A stretch of 64,000 nt of DNA from Planctomycetota bacterium (GCA_965223845.1 CBDCXR010000004.1:5536001-5600000); one strand, 5' to 3'; shown: positions 9,117-22,215, numbered from the stretch's first letter. The notes: generated from the letters alone by a model not told the origin. Made by a program: numbers and translations.

Positions 9117-10299
9117 TCTCGTCCGAACGCGCGTCCGTCGCGGCCAGCTTCAACCGCAGTGGATCGACGCGCGCGCTGAAGAAAATCTGTCGCTCGCGGC
9201 TACGATCATCGAAATCGTTGCCCGCCACCGCGGGCGACCCCGCCGCGAGCTCGAAGCGGAGCTGCGCGAGTTTCTGGGTACGGGGACGTCGTTTCTCTTT
9301 CATCGCGGCCTCGCGAAGCTCCTCCAGGATCGCTGTACCTTCGAGACGCACGCGCCGATCGATCCACCTCTCGTCCGAGAAGCGGTCTTTCGCCGCGCCG
9401 CCGAGGCGTATCAGGATCTCTCGACCCTTCAGCCGCGCACCGAGGACATCCTCGCGGCTGCCGCCGACGAGCTCGGGATCGAAGCGCCCGGCGACTCTCT
9501 CTACGCTGATCTGAAGACCGAGCAGATCCTCGAGGAGTTCAAGGACTGCACGCCGGAATGGCTGCTCGATCGCTACAACGTCGCGCTCGTCCAGGCGCTT
9601 CTCCTGCGTGCGTCCGGACTCGACATCGAGATCGAAGGCGAGACCCCCGCGCGCTACCGGGAGATCTTTCGACGGATCAAGTTTTTTCGCCTCCTCCACG
9701 AGATCGAGCCCGCCGCGGGAAACAAGTTTCGCATCCGACTCGACGGTCCCCTCTCTCTCTTCAAGTCTTCCCAGCGCTACGGACTTCAGATGGCACAGTT
9801 CTTTCCCGTTCTTCTCCACTGCGAGTCGTGGCGACTCACGGCGCGTCTCGTGTGGACGAAGGGACGCGGCGAGACGGAGTTCGCGCTCGACTCCTCGCGA
9901 AAACTCCATCCGATCTCGCCGATTCAGGGTCAGTGGCGACCGGAAGAGATCGATTGGTTCGAGACCCAGTTCGCCAAACTGAAAACCGAATGGCAGCTTT
10001 CGCTCGACACCGAACTCATCACTCTCGGCGGACGCGGCGTGCTCAGTCCGGATTTCGTGTTCACTCATCCGAGCGGAACTCGAATCGTCATGGAGGTAAT
10101 GGGATTCTGGCGGCGCGGCAGCCTCGAATCGCGACTGCGCCTCCTCCGCGACCACGGTCCGAAGAATTTCATCCTCGCCGTCTCCCGCGATCTCCACGTC
10201 GACGAGGAGGAAGCCGAGCTTCCCGGGGAACTCTACGTCTTTCGAACGACTCCGGTCGCCCGCGACGTCTTGAAGTTGCTCGAGCGCATGCGCGTGTGA
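9103..10299 (+). CDS. DUF790 / Bax1-like nuclease
   Basis: MLTADL N-terminus, LYADL, YNVALVQALL, DGPLSLF...RYG, PDF...EVMGFW. Confidence 0.85.
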   Translation: MLTADLVRTRVRRGQLQPQWIDARAEENLSLAATIIEIVARHRGRPRRELEAELREFLGTGTSFLFHRGLAKLLQDRCTFETHAPIDPPLVREAVFRRAAEAYQDLSTLQPRTEDILAAAADELGIEAPGDSLYADLKTEQILEEFKDCTPEWLLDRYNVALVQALLLRASGLDIEIEGETPARYREIFRRIKFFRLLHEIEPAAGNKFRIRLDGPLSLFKSSQRYGLQMAQFFPVLLHCESWRLTARLVWTKGRGETEFALDSSRKLHPISPIQGQWRPEEIDWFETQFAKLKTEWQLSLDTELITLGGRGVLSPDFVFTHPSGTRIVMEVMGFWRRGSLESRLRLLRDHGPKNFILAVSRDLHVDEEEAELPGELYVFRTTPVARDVLKLLERMRV

Positions 10300-10582
10300 C
10301 CGGCAACACCGCGCCTGATTCGCCTGGACCGTCGAAGTCCACGACTCACGATGTCGACCGACACGTCTCGAGCCCCGAGAGGGCCGGGAACGATCACGCC
10401 GAACGGCTCTTCACCGCGCTTTAACTCTCATAGAGGATAGCGGATCAGCTCGGCGCGCTTCGCGGAGACCGATAAGCGCGCGGCTCTGGTTGCCCCTAGA
10501 CCGATGTCGTAGGCTTTGCGTGGGGTAGACCCATCGTGGGGCTCACTCACTCGGGCAAGGCCGTAGGGACACCCGCCATCAA

Positions 10583-12493
<1,911 letters not shown>

Positions 12494-12685
12494 GGCCCTG
12501 CGCAGAAACCCGCTCGAGGTCGGACACCGAAGCATCTCGGTCGGCGTCGCGAACTCGTTGCCGGAGCGGGAACACCGCTCGCGACTCGTTCTCCACTGGA
12601 ACACAAAGACCGAAAAAGCTTTCAGTCCCCCGGCGCTTCGAGTCGATGCATCCACGTTGCAGCTTCACCGGAGTGGTCAACCACG

Positions 12686-13720
12686 ATGCGTGTTACCGGG
12701 CCTTCCATCATCGTCTCCGTCGCCGCATTCGCGGCTGCGGTCGGAGCACGCGATTCGGACGCGGACCCTAGACCTAACGGGGGGCTCGGATCCGCCCAGC
12801 GCACCGACCCTCGTTCGGGACGAGAGAGGGGTCGGGCGGAGTCGCCGCACGCGCCTACGGGAGGTCTTCTTCGCAAGGGAGAGCCACCGATCGAGCTGGC
12901 TCCGGACCCGGGCGATGCTCCCGATTGGGTGTTCGACGATCTCGACGACGCCCCCGATCGTCCGTACGGGCGCGACGCGGACGCCGAGCTCGGGCCGATC
13001 CAGTGGAGTGGCGAGGCGATCGCAGGCGGATTTCGCACCATCGTCTCCGACTACCGCGAGTTCTACGGCGGCGAAAACCTCTTCACGCTCGCCGTCGCTC
13101 TCGGCGGCGCGGCCGCTCTCGCCAACACCGACGCGGACGCCGAGATCCAGCGCTGGTACCACCGCGAGCTGTGGTCCGAAGACTCCGTTCGCGTCGCCGA
13201 AGACATCGAGATCGTGGGCGACTACACACTGACGCTCCCGGCCGTCGCCGCAGCGGCCGTCCTCGGGTCGTTCTTTCCCGAGGATTCGAGCGGATCCGTC
13301 GTCGGCGATTGGGGAAAGCGCTCGCTCAGGGCCGCCGCGGTGGGAGTCCCCCCGCTCCTTCTCCTCCAGGCCGGCCTCGGCGCCTCACGCCCCAACGAAC
13401 ATCGCGGCTCACGCTGGCGGCCGTTTGACGACAACAACGCGGCGAGCGGTCACGCGTTCATCGGCGCGCTGCCGTTTCTCTCCGCCGCCAGCCTCACTGA
13501 GCGCTGGTACGTCCGCTATCCGCTCATCGCGCTCTCGTTCGCACCCGCGTGGGCGCGCTTCAACAACGACGATCACTACTTCTCGCAGGTCGCGCTCGGC
13601 TGGTGGCTCGCCTATCGATCGGTCGCGAGCGTCGCTCGAAGCGACGCGCGCCGCGCCTTCGGCGTCGCGCCGGTCGTCACGCCGAACGTTTGGGGACTGA
13701 CGGTGTCGCTCGAGTTCTAG
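12686..13720 (+). CDS. PAP2 family phosphatase-like protein
   Basis: GASRP, SGHAF, ARFNNDDHYFSQV motifs; N-terminal signal. Confidence 0.8.
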   Translation: MRVTGPSIIVSVAAFAAAVGARDSDADPRPNGGLGSAQRTDPRSGRERGRAESPHAPTGGLLRKGEPPIELAPDPGDAPDWVFDDLDDAPDRPYGRDADAELGPIQWSGEAIAGGFRTIVSDYREFYGGENLFTLAVALGGAAALANTDADAEIQRWYHRELWSEDSVRVAEDIEIVGDYTLTLPAVAAAAVLGSFFPEDSSGSVVGDWGKRSLRAAAVGVPPLLLLQAGLGASRPNEHRGSRWRPFDDNNAASGHAFIGALPFLSAASLTERWYVRYPLIALSFAPAWARFNNDDHYFSQVALGWWLAYRSVASVARSDARRAFGVAPVVTPNVWGLTVSLEF

Positions 13721-13751
13721 ACTCGACGCCCCCACTCGGACGCGACCGGGA

Positions 13752-14303
13752 TCAAGTCTCGGCGAGGAGACGCAAGAACTCGCGCATGAACGGTGCGTTG
13801 TCGTGCCAAGTGCGAGCGGTCACGAGATTCCCCGCGATCACAACGGGCTCATCGACGTATTCCGCACCGCCCTGCGCCGCGTCGAGGCGGCACTTCGCGA
13901 CCGTCGTGACCGTCCGGCCTTCGATGCAGCCCGCCGCCGTCAAGATTTCGATCCCGTGACACACGGCGGCAACGGGTTTCTCCGCCGCGAAGAAATGGCG
14001 CGTGATGCGGAGAAGATCTTCGTCGTAGCGGAGGTACTCGGGAGCGCGACCGCCGGAGATGAAGAGCCCCGCGCACTCCGCCGGATCGACGTCACGGAAC
14101 GCTACGTCCGCCTTCAGGTGATATCCCGGCGACTCGCGGGTGATGTCCCAGCCGGGCGGAACTTCGTGAAGAACGAGCGGGTAGACGCGCGCTTCGGGTC
14201 CGCAGACGACGACCTCGTAGCCCTCTTCCGCGAGACGGAAATAAGGGTAGAACGTGTCGAGAACCTCGGAGGCGTCGCCGATCGGAATCAGGATCTTCGG
14301 CAT
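13752..14303 (-). CDS. DJ-1/PfpI family protein
   Basis: GGRAPEYLR, AVCHG, GNLVTARTW. Confidence 0.92.
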   Translation of the reverse strand: MPKILIPIGDASEVLDTFYPYFRLAEEGYEVVVCGPEARVYPLVLHEVPPGWDITRESPGYHLKADVAFRDVDPAECAGLFISGGRAPEYLRYDEDLLRITRHFFAAEKPVAAVCHGIEILTAAGCIEGRTVTTVAKCRLDAAQGGAEYVDEPVVIAGNLVTARTWHDNAPFMREFLRLLAET

Positions 14304-14494
14304 CGGACGAGAAGCGCTAGAATCGGTGGAGAGCAACAAATTCGTGTCGTGCGGGACATGTTACCCCACCGGCCGGCCGAGATACGGAGCGAAAACCGCG
14401 AAGCTCAGGCGGCGACGGATCTCTCGGTCAAGAACCGCCACGAGTACAATGCGGCACTGAGCATTCTTGGCCGAATCCGCCTCCCGCGACAAGC

Positions 14495-17137
14495 ATGAGA
14501 TCTCAAGTGCCCCGTTCGACGCCGAACTACTGGATGTCCGCGCTCTCACTCGTCCTCGCCGCGCTCTCGTCCCTCGGAGCCGAGACCCGACCCAATCTGA
14601 TCTTCTTTCTCTCCGACGATCAGCGCGCCGATTTCATGGGTTGCGCGGGCCACCCGATCCTCAAGACACCGACGATGGATCGACTCGCCGCGTCCGGGGT
14701 TCGCTTCGAGAACATGTTCGTGACCACGTCGATTTGCGCTGCGAGCCGCGCGTCGATCTTTACTGGTCTCCACGAGCGCACGCACGGTTACACGTTTCGC
14801 ACGCCGCCGATCGGCGCGGCGCACACGCGCCTCAGCTATCCGGCGCTTCTCCGGGCCGCCGGATACCGAACGGGCTTCGTCGGCAAGTTCGGCGTCGCCG
14901 TCGAAGCCGGAGAACGCGAGTCGATGTTCGATGTGTTCGTCCCGCTCGGCCGAAGCCCGTATCTGAAACCCCAGCCGGACGGCTCGCGCCGTCACGTGAG
15001 CGAGATCGCCGGCGACCGCGCGATCGAATTCCTGCGGTCGACTCCGGACGATCGTCCGTTCTGTCTCTCGGTGAGTTTCAACGCTCCGCACGCCGAGGAC
15101 GGCGACAAGAAGAACCATTATCCCTGGCCGAAGGCCGTCGACGGTTGGTACGACGACGTGCCGATTCCGAGACCACGCCTGGAGGACACCTACCCGGCGC
15201 ATCCCGAGTTCCTCAAGAAATCGCTCAATCGCGTCCGGTGGTTCTGGCGCTGGGACACGCCGGAGAAGTACGAACGAAACGTTCGGTCCTACTACCGGAT
15301 GATCAGCGGAATCGACCACGTCATGGGGCGTGTCCTCGCCGAGGTCGAAGCGAGCGGGCGCGCGGAGGACACCGTCGTCGTCTTCTCGGGCGACAACGGC
15401 TACTACCGGGGCGATCGCGGCTTCGCCGGCAAGTGGTCTCACTACGAAGAATCCCTCCGCGTTCCCCTCATTGTCTTCGACCCTCGGCTCCCGCCCGCGC
15501 AGCGAGGGCGCGTCGTCTCTGCCACGACGCTCAATCTCGACATCCCGGCGACTCTTCTCGCCTACGCCGGTATCGAGGTCCCCACCTCATATCGCGGTGC
15601 GAGTCTCCGCCCCTGGATCGATGGCGAGCGGCCGCCACAGTGGCGCCGAGACTTCTTCTGTGAGCATCTCATGGAGCACGCGCAGATCCCGAAGTACGAG
15701 GGCGTGCGCGGTGAACGCTACGTCTACGCGCGATATTTCGAACAACAACCAACCTACGAGTACCTCCACGACCTCAGGATCGATCCCGATCAGCGGAGAA
15801 ACTTCGCTGGCGACCCCGAGTATTCCTCGATCCTCGCCCGCTTCCGCGCGCGCTGCGACGAGCTCCGCGATGAGTACGGCGGCGTCTACGATCCGAATCG
15901 AGTGCGCGAGTTCATCGAACGGAGGGAAGCCCAGAGGAAACGCGCGGCGGAGGAAGCGACGAAGAAGAAGCGAGACGCAGCGAAGAAGGGGCAAGCGAAG
16001 GTGGAGAACGCTCCGCGAAGCGCAGTCCTCGAATCGAGCGTCCGACTCCGAGGAAACTTCGCTCGCTCCGCGCGGCGATTTCGGGCAACGAATCGGGGCC
16101 ACGTAGCGTTCATGGGCGGATCGATCACCGAGATGAACGGGTACCGTCCGCTCGTGGCGGCCCTCATCGAGGAGCGTTTTCCGGAGACGACGTTTACGTT
16201 TACGAACGCAGGCATCGCGTCGACGTGCTCGACGACGGGTGCGTTTCGTCTCGGTGAGGACGTTCTCGCGAAGGGACCCGTCGATCTCTTTCTCGTCGAG
16301 TTCGCCGTCAACGACGATCAAGACGCCGAGCACGCGGCACGCGCGTGCCTTCGCGGCATGGAAGGCATTGTGCGTCAGGTGCGGCGACACAATCCCGAGA
16401 GCGACATCGCGATCGTCCACTTCGTCAATCCCGAGATGCTCGCGGCGATCGCCCGCGGCGAGGTTCCGGTTTCGAGTCGCAGCCACGAACGGGTCGCAGC
16501 ACACTACGGCCTTGCGAGCATCGACGTCGGAAGGGAGCTCGCGCAGCGGATCGAAGCAGGCTCATTCACCTGGAAGGACTACGGCGGAACGCACCCCGGT
16601 CGAAAGGGAAACGAGTTCGCCGCGTCGCTCGTCCGCGGCCTCCTCGACGAAGCGTGGGGCACGGACGACGTCCCGGCGACTCGCGCACCGCGCCTCGATC
16701 CCCTCGATCGCGGGAGCTACGATCGGGGTCGGTTCATCTCGCTCGAATCCGCGCGCCCGTCGTCCGGCTGGTCGATCCTCCAACCGCGCTGGGAGGAGAT
16801 CCCCGGACGGTGTCGCGAGCGCTTCCGCGATCAAAACCTCCTCGTCGCGACCGATCCCGGCTCCGAGCTCGAACTCGAGTTCGAAGGTCGAGCGGTCGGC
16901 GCTTACGTTCTCGCGGGTCCCGACGCCGGCACCGTTGCGGCGACGGTCGACGGACGAGACACTCGCATCGTCGACCTCTACCACCGATTCAGTCGCGGCC
17001 TTCACTACCCGCGGACCGTGCTCTTCGCCGACGATCTGACACCGGGAAAGCACGTGCTCGGGCTGCGGGTCACGCCGACGAAGAACGCAAAGAGCTCCGG
17101 ACACGCGATCCGCATCCTGCGGTTCACCGCCAACTGA
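14495..17137 (+). CDS. Formylglycine-type sulfatase fused to SGNH/GDSL hydrolase
   Basis: [26 protein letters not shown]; then [16 protein letters not shown]. Confidence 0.9.
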   Translation: MRSQVPRSTPNYWMSALSLVLAALSSLGAETRPNLIFFLSDDQRADFMGCAGHPILKTPTMDRLAASGVRFENMFVTTSICAASRASIFTGLHERTHGYTFRTPPIGAAHTRLSYPALLRAAGYRTGFVGKFGVAVEAGERESMFDVFVPLGRSPYLKPQPDGSRRHVSEIAGDRAIEFLRSTPDDRPFCLSVSFNAPHAEDGDKKNHYPWPKAVDGWYDDVPIPRPRLEDTYPAHPEFLKKSLNRVRWFWRWDTPEKYERNVRSYYRMISGIDHVMGRVLAEVEASGRAEDTVVVFSGDNGYYRGDRGFAGKWSHYEESLRVPLIVFDPRLPPAQRGRVVSATTLNLDIPATLLAYAGIEVPTSYRGASLRPWIDGERPPQWRRDFFCEHLMEHAQIPKYEGVRGERYVYARYFEQQPTYEYLHDLRIDPDQRRNFAGDPEYSSILARFRARCDELRDEYGGVYDPNRVREFIERREAQRKRAAEEATKKKRDAAKKGQAKVENAPRSAVLESSVRLRGNFARSARRFRATNRGHVAFMGGSITEMNGYRPLVAALIEERFPETTFTFTNAGIASTCSTTGAFRLGEDVLAKGPVDLFLVEFAVNDDQDAEHAARACLRGMEGIVRQVRRHNPESDIAIVHFVNPEMLAAIARGEVPVSSRSHERVAAHYGLASIDVGRELAQRIEAGSFTWKDYGGTHPGRKGNEFAASLVRGLLDEAWGTDDVPATRAPRLDPLDRGSYDRGRFISLESARPSSGWSILQPRWEEIPGRCRERFRDQNLLVATDPGSELELEFEGRAVGAYVLAGPDAGTVAATVDGRDTRIVDLYHRFSRGLHYPRTVLFADDLTPGKHVLGLRVTPTKNAKSSGHAIRILRFTAN

Positions 17138-17165
17138 ATAGGCTTGCTGCCGCAATCACTTTCTT

Positions 17166-18491
17166 ATGACATTCCCGCGTCGCAAGGTTTCCTTTTCGAC
17201 TCTCGGCCGAATCGCCGTCCTCTTGTCGGCTGGACTCGCCGTTCTGCCCGCCGCGGCGCAGAACCGGCGAAACGAGAAAGAGGAGAAGCCCGAGGACGAA
17301 CAACTCGGGGACGAGTGGACGGAGAAGATCGCGGCCGACCCGCGGGAGATCCCGGGCGTTCTCCTCGAGTACACCGCGGTCGAGCTCCGGCGCCGGTTCG
17401 ACCGGGCGAAGCGCTACCGTCTCCACGAACGACTGCGCGGAGCGCTCAAGAAGGTCGATCATCCGATCATGCGCCATCACGCCGCCGGTGTCTTCAAGCT
17501 CGCGCCGTCGTCGACGCTTCCGGCGCAAGTGCTCATGATGAAGACGATCATCCGTTCGGGGTTTCCGGCACCGCGAAAGGATCGAGTCGCGTGGCTCGTT
17601 CGAAAGCTCAAGGGAAGCCACCGCCGCCTCTCGATCTGGGCCCTCCGCTTGCTCGGTCAATCGCGCTGGCCGCAGAGCATCGACGCTCTCATCGACACGC
17701 TCGAAGACGAAGAGAAGAGAAAGCGGCGGGATGGACTGCTCTGGCACCTCATCAGCGCAGAGCTCTACCAACTACTCGGCTCCGAAGCCGCTGACGCACC
17801 GGCCGAGAGCGTTCGCAAGCTGTGGAAGAAATTGGGGCGGAAACTGCCGAAGACGCCGTCGTATTCGCCGTCCGGAGCGAAGCGCGGATCGACGATTCTT
17901 TTTTTCGGCGACAAGATCTCGCCGCTTTCCGTCTTCGGCATCGACACGTCGTCGAGCATGGAGCGGGCGACTCGGCTGAGAGGAGCGCGCACCTCCGGCG
18001 AAAGCGGAAGTCCAGATCTGCCAAAGGTCGACATCGTGAAGACCGAGCTCGACCGCGCCCTCGCTTCTCTCAAGCCCGTCTATCGCTTCAATATCGTGAG
18101 CTACAACGCGGAGCCGAAGCCTTGGAAAGGTCGACGCAAGCCGACGCTCCAGCGAGCGAACGCCAAGAACATCGAAAATGCGCGCAGCTTCGCTCGCGAG
18201 CTCGCGACGCTCGGCGGAACGAACATCTTCGGCGCCCTCGACGTCGCGCTCCGAGCTCCCGATCTCGATACGATTTACCTCCTCTCCGACGGCAGTCCGT
18301 CGCGCGGAGGTGGAGTGCCTCAGATCGAGGAGCTCATCCGGACGACGAATTATCTCCTCGGGGTCCGGATCGTGACCTTCGGTTTCGCGGCAGAAAACCC
18401 GGAAGCCTTCGACGAGAATTTCATGAAGAAGCTCGCGAAGCAAAACTGGGGACGCTACCGCCGACTCAACGAGCCGTCACCGAAAACCTAA
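17166..18491 (+). CDS. Secreted HEAT-like + vWA domain protein
   Basis: Signal peptide; MIDAS DTSSSM, GTNIFGAL, IYLLSDGSP. Confidence 0.85.
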   Translation: MTFPRRKVSFSTLGRIAVLLSAGLAVLPAAAQNRRNEKEEKPEDEQLGDEWTEKIAADPREIPGVLLEYTAVELRRRFDRAKRYRLHERLRGALKKVDHPIMRHHAAGVFKLAPSSTLPAQVLMMKTIIRSGFPAPRKDRVAWLVRKLKGSHRRLSIWALRLLGQSRWPQSIDALIDTLEDEEKRKRRDGLLWHLISAELYQLLGSEAADAPAESVRKLWKKLGRKLPKTPSYSPSGAKRGSTILFFGDKISPLSVFGIDTSSSMERATRLRGARTSGESGSPDLPKVDIVKTELDRALASLKPVYRFNIVSYNAEPKPWKGRRKPTLQRANAKNIENARSFARELATLGGTNIFGALDVALRAPDLDTIYLLSDGSPSRGGGVPQIEELIRTTNYLLGVRIVTFGFAAENPEAFDENFMKKLAKQNWGRYRRLNEPSPKT

Positions 18492-19266
18492 CCGGGATCT
18501 GCGCCCAGTAGCGCGTGCCCCTCCGGCGCGACGACTTCCAGCCCTCGAGCGTAACGAGCGCTCGACTCGTCCCACCGCGCAGCCCCTCCGCCGTGAGAGT
18601 CTCAGCCTCGAGCGACCAGGACGCGATCGGCGGCGACTCGCCAACCGGTGTCACCGCGAGAAACCGTCCCGTCCTCACTCCGATGAGCGCTCGCAGCCTC
18701 GCCGGATCGAATCGGTGAACCTCGCCTTCGAATCCACTCCCCTCGTACCCGAAGGCCTCGCCGACGACGGAAACGACGAGTGACGTTTTCCGCTCTTCGG
18801 CGCCGATGTGATAGACGAGAGGAAACACCGATCGTCCGGCTGCTTCGCCCGCGATCGCGAGCTCGTTCCGCGCGCGCAGATGGACGCGCGCGAACTTCGT
18901 CGTCGTCTTCTTGACGCCGATCTCGCGAATGGATCGCGGCAGGGGATAGACCACCTCGGCTCCAGCGGCGACGACGATCGTCGGAAGATCTCCGAGCGAA
19001 ACTCGTACGATCCACTCACGCTTCACCAGGCGCGGCTCGAGATCGATCCACTGCCGCTCGATTCTTCGCTCGCCCTCCTTCCGGGCGAGACGATACTCCT
19101 GCTCGAAGTACTTGAGCTCGACCGTGAGGCGATACAATCGACCCGCTGCCGACGAGTCGGCGAGGACGGCGATCGCGCTCTTCGTCCGACGGATCTCGAT
19201 CGCGCCGTCGCTCAGCGTCTCGACGGCTCCGCGCGTCGTGCGCTCGAATTCTGGTGGTTTCTTCAC
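18466..19266 (-). CDS. Hypothetical protein with Ig-like (pilus-assembly N-terminal-like) modules; probable 3' part of a split gene
   Basis: Beta-rich module TIVVAAGAEVVYPL...ELAIAGEAAG; frame stays open upstream to about 19354. Confidence 0.55.
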   Translation of the reverse strand: MKKPPEFERTTRGAVETLSDGAIEIRRTKSAIAVLADSSAAGRLYRLTVELKYFEQEYRLARKEGERRIERQWIDLEPRLVKREWIVRVSLGDLPTIVVAAGAEVVYPLPRSIREIGVKKTTTKFARVHLRARNELAIAGEAAGRSVFPLVYHIGAEERKTSLVVSVVGEAFGYEGSGFEGEVHRFDPARLRALIGVRTGRFLAVTPVGESPPIASWSLEAETLTAEGLRGGTSRALVTLEGWKSSRRRGTRYWAQIPVRFSVTAR

Positions 19267-19694
19267 GGGGGCGTCGGGACCCGCACCTCGGTTCTGCGTC
19301 GTGGGCCGAGTCGAGGTGGTGGTGCCGGATGCCGAGCGGGCGTTGGCGCCGGCTCAGGTTCGCTCTTGAGTTGCGTCACCGCGACACTCGCGATTTCGCG
19401 CGTCGAATAACGGGTTCCGAGAATCGGCCGTCGCGGTCGACCCCGGAGCCCCTCGCCGGTGCCGAATCGGAGGAGACGCCGACTGCCGGGATCGACGACG
19501 AGATCCTCCGGCGCCGCGACCGTCGTTTCCGCACCCTCGCTCTTCCCCTTCGCCGCGTCCTTCGGCGCCGACGGCTTCTTCGGCGGCGGCGACTGCGCGG
19601 GGACGTCGGCGGCGACGCCAAAGAAAAGCGCAAACATCCACCCCGAGGCGACGGCTTTCCACGGAACGGCTGTCTGTGGACGGATTCTCGTCAT
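19263..19694 (-). CDS. Secreted hypothetical protein; probable 5' part of a split gene
   Basis: Signal-like WMFALFFGVAADVPAQ, then EDLVVDPGSRRLLRF module. Confidence 0.5.
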   Translation of the reverse strand: MTRIRPQTAVPWKAVASGWMFALFFGVAADVPAQSPPPKKPSAPKDAAKGKSEGAETTVAAPEDLVVDPGSRRLLRFGTGEGLRGRPRRPILGTRYSTREIASVAVTQLKSEPEPAPTPARHPAPPPRLGPRRRTEVRVPTPP

Positions 19695-20047
19695 CTCGGG
19701 AGCACTCCCCGTGCGGAAGAGAAGAACGGCGTTCTCTCGAATTCTACCCTTCGGAACTTCCGCGTGCGCGGAGATCTCGCGCCGCGCCGAGCCCCGCGCC
19801 CTTGTGCCTAGAGTAACGGTCGACCATACTCTCGGATTCTCGCTCGAGCTCGGCCGTAACCATCGAAGACGATCGGGCGAGCGGCGACGGCAAGGCCGCA
19901 AGAAGCCCCAGACGTCGGGCGCCTCCGCGAACGATCGGAATCGACCGGGAATCGGTTCTCCGAAGGCCTGCTCGCCGCGAGCCCTCGACTGGTCCGCCTC
20001 GTTTTCTGACTCTGAACGAACTCTTCCTCGACTCCTGGGAACGCCCG

Positions 20048-20314
20048 ATGCAGCGCCCGATCAAGCTCGACCAATTCCTCAAGCTTCAGGGCGCGGCGGA
20101 GACCGGCGGCGAAGCGAAACGCTTGATTCAATCGGGCCGAGTCCGAGTCAACGGCGAGCTCGAGACTCACCGCTCGCGCCGACTCGCGCAAGGAGACATC
20201 GTCGAAATCGAGGACCAGCGGTATCTCGTTGAGGAGACGAACGACGATCCTTACGACGCTCCCGCTTCGCCCTCTTCGCGCGGCGATGCCGCTGACACCG
20301 GAACCGATTCATGA
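20048..20314 (+). CDS. S4-domain RNA-binding protein (YaaA/YbcJ-like)
   Basis: IKLDQFLKLQGAAETGGEAK...VNGELE...GDIVEI. Confidence 0.92.
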   Translation: MQRPIKLDQFLKLQGAAETGGEAKRLIQSGRVRVNGELETHRSRRLAQGDIVEIEDQRYLVEETNDDPYDAPASPSSRGDAADTGTDS

Positions 20315-21423
20315 GCAAGAACAAATCCATCGGCGTCGGCATCGTCGGCGCCGGCCAGGTGAGCGACTATCACCACGTTCCGGGCATTCGCCTCGATCCG
20401 CGCGCGGAGCTCGTCGCGGTTTGCGACGCGGATCCGAAGCTCATCGAGAAGCGCAAGCGAGACTGGAGCGTCGACCACGGCACGACCGAGCTCGACGAGC
20501 TTCTCGCGCTCCCCGAGGTGGATGCCGTCGTCATCGCGACGCCGAACTTTCTTCACCGCGAGCAAGCGATCGCTTGTGCGCGGGCGGGAAAGCACGTCAT
20601 GTGCGAAAAGCCGCTCGGACTCGATCCCACGGAAGTCGCGGAGATGTACACCGCGGCGCGCGACGCGGGTGTCGTACACATGACTGCGTTCACCTATCGA
20701 TTCGCTCCGTCGATGCGCTACCTCCGTCATCTCCTGTCGAGCGGCGCACTCGGTGAACCGCGTCACTTCCGCAGTCAACGCTTCCTCGACTGGCCCGAGA
20801 CGAGCTGGGGCTGGCGCCAGTACCGCGAGCGCGCGGGCGCAGGCGATCTCTTCGACATGACGATTCACCGGCTCGACTTCGCCGTCGATCTTCTCGGTCC
20901 CCTCGCGCGGGTCTCCGGAGCGGTCGCTCGATTTGCGCCGCGGGACCGCACCGCGTCCGGCGAGCCGTGCGCGCCGTCCGATGTCGACGATTGGTCGGCG
21001 CTCATCGGCGAGTTCGAAAGCGGCGCCGTCGGCGTGTGGGAAGGGACGACGCTCGCGAAGGGATACCACCGAGAAGGATTCGGCCACGAGTGGGCGGAAG
21101 TGAACGCGGCGAAAGGATCAGCGGTCTACCGGCTTCACGAGCCGAACGTTATCCTCCTCGGAAAGACAGGGAGCGATCTCGCTCCGGTCGACGTTCCCAC
21201 CGAATTCTTGAAGCCGACGGGGAGTCCGCGCGACCCGGCTGAGGGCGAGCCCGCGACCGTCTTTCGTTACGATCTCATCTGGGAGTTCGTCTCGGCGATC
21301 GCCGACGGCCGGGACGCAGTTCCGTCCTTCTACGACGGCCTCGTCGCGCAAACGATCGCCGAGGCCGTGCTCGTCTCGCACCGCGATCGACGGTGGGTCG
21401 ACGTCGCGATGCCGCCGCGTTGA
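20311..21423 (+). CDS. Gfo/Idh/MocA oxidoreductase
   Basis: GIVGAG, ATPNFLH, GKHVMCEKP, DMTIH. Confidence 0.92.
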   Translation: MSKNKSIGVGIVGAGQVSDYHHVPGIRLDPRAELVAVCDADPKLIEKRKRDWSVDHGTTELDELLALPEVDAVVIATPNFLHREQAIACARAGKHVMCEKPLGLDPTEVAEMYTAARDAGVVHMTAFTYRFAPSMRYLRHLLSSGALGEPRHFRSQRFLDWPETSWGWRQYRERAGAGDLFDMTIHRLDFAVDLLGPLARVSGAVARFAPRDRTASGEPCAPSDVDDWSALIGEFESGAVGVWEGTTLAKGYHREGFGHEWAEVNAAKGSAVYRLHEPNVILLGKTGSDLAPVDVPTEFLKPTGSPRDPAEGEPATVFRYDLIWEFVSAIADGRDAVPSFYDGLVAQTIAEAVLVSHRDRRWVDVAMPPR

Positions 21424-21477
21424 TCGCGCTGCGCGATCGTTTGTTACAAACTTGAACCTCGGCCCGGCAGGTACATC

Positions 21478-22215
21478 ATGAGATCCCCGGTCAGCGAGAA
21501 GCGAGTCCTCATCGTCGGCGGCGGAACGGGAGTCGGACGCGCCACCGCGCTCGCGTTCGCAGAGGCGGGCGCCACCGTTGCCATCGCCGGACGGCGTGAA
21601 GAGAAGCTGCGCGAAGTCGCGAAGACATTCACAGGGAATCCGGCAATCCAGCTCCGTCGATGCGACACTTCGGATCGGGACGACGCCCGCGCGCTCGTCG
21701 AATGGGCGACGGCGGAAATGGGCGGAGTCGACATTCTGGTTCAGAGCGCCGGGATCAACATCCGCCGCCGCATGATGTCGGACATCGACCCCGACGATTG
21801 GGACCGCGTTCTCCGCGTCAATGCGACCGGAGCGTTCAACACGATCCATGCCGTCCTCCCGCAGATGCGTGAGCGCGGCCGCGGCGACATCATCAACATC
21901 TCCTCGGTCGCGGGGAAGCGGGCTGTGCTCCTCGGCGGCGTCGCGTACAACGCCTCGAAGTTCGCGATGTCGGCCCTCGGAACGAGCGTCGGGCTCGAAG
22001 CCGGCAAGGACGGCGTGCGCGTGACGAACATTTATCCCGGTGAAATCAACACCCCGATTCTCGACGAGCGACCGAACCCGGTGAGCGACGAGCACCGCGC
22101 GCGCATCCTTCAGCCGGAAGACGTCGCGGCCGCCGTTCTCCTCGCCGCGTCGCTTCCGCCCGAGGCCCACATACCCGAGCTCGTGATCAAGCCGACGATT
22201 CAGGAGTTCGCGTAG
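21478..22215 (+). CDS. SDR family oxidoreductase
   Basis: GGGTGVG, NISS, YNASK. Confidence 0.93.
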   Translation: MRSPVSEKRVLIVGGGTGVGRATALAFAEAGATVAIAGRREEKLREVAKTFTGNPAIQLRRCDTSDRDDARALVEWATAEMGGVDILVQSAGINIRRRMMSDIDPDDWDRVLRVNATGAFNTIHAVLPQMRERGRGDIINISSVAGKRAVLLGGVAYNASKFAMSALGTSVGLEAGKDGVRVTNIYPGEINTPILDERPNPVSDEHRARILQPEDVAAAVLLAASLPPEAHIPELVIKPTIQEFA

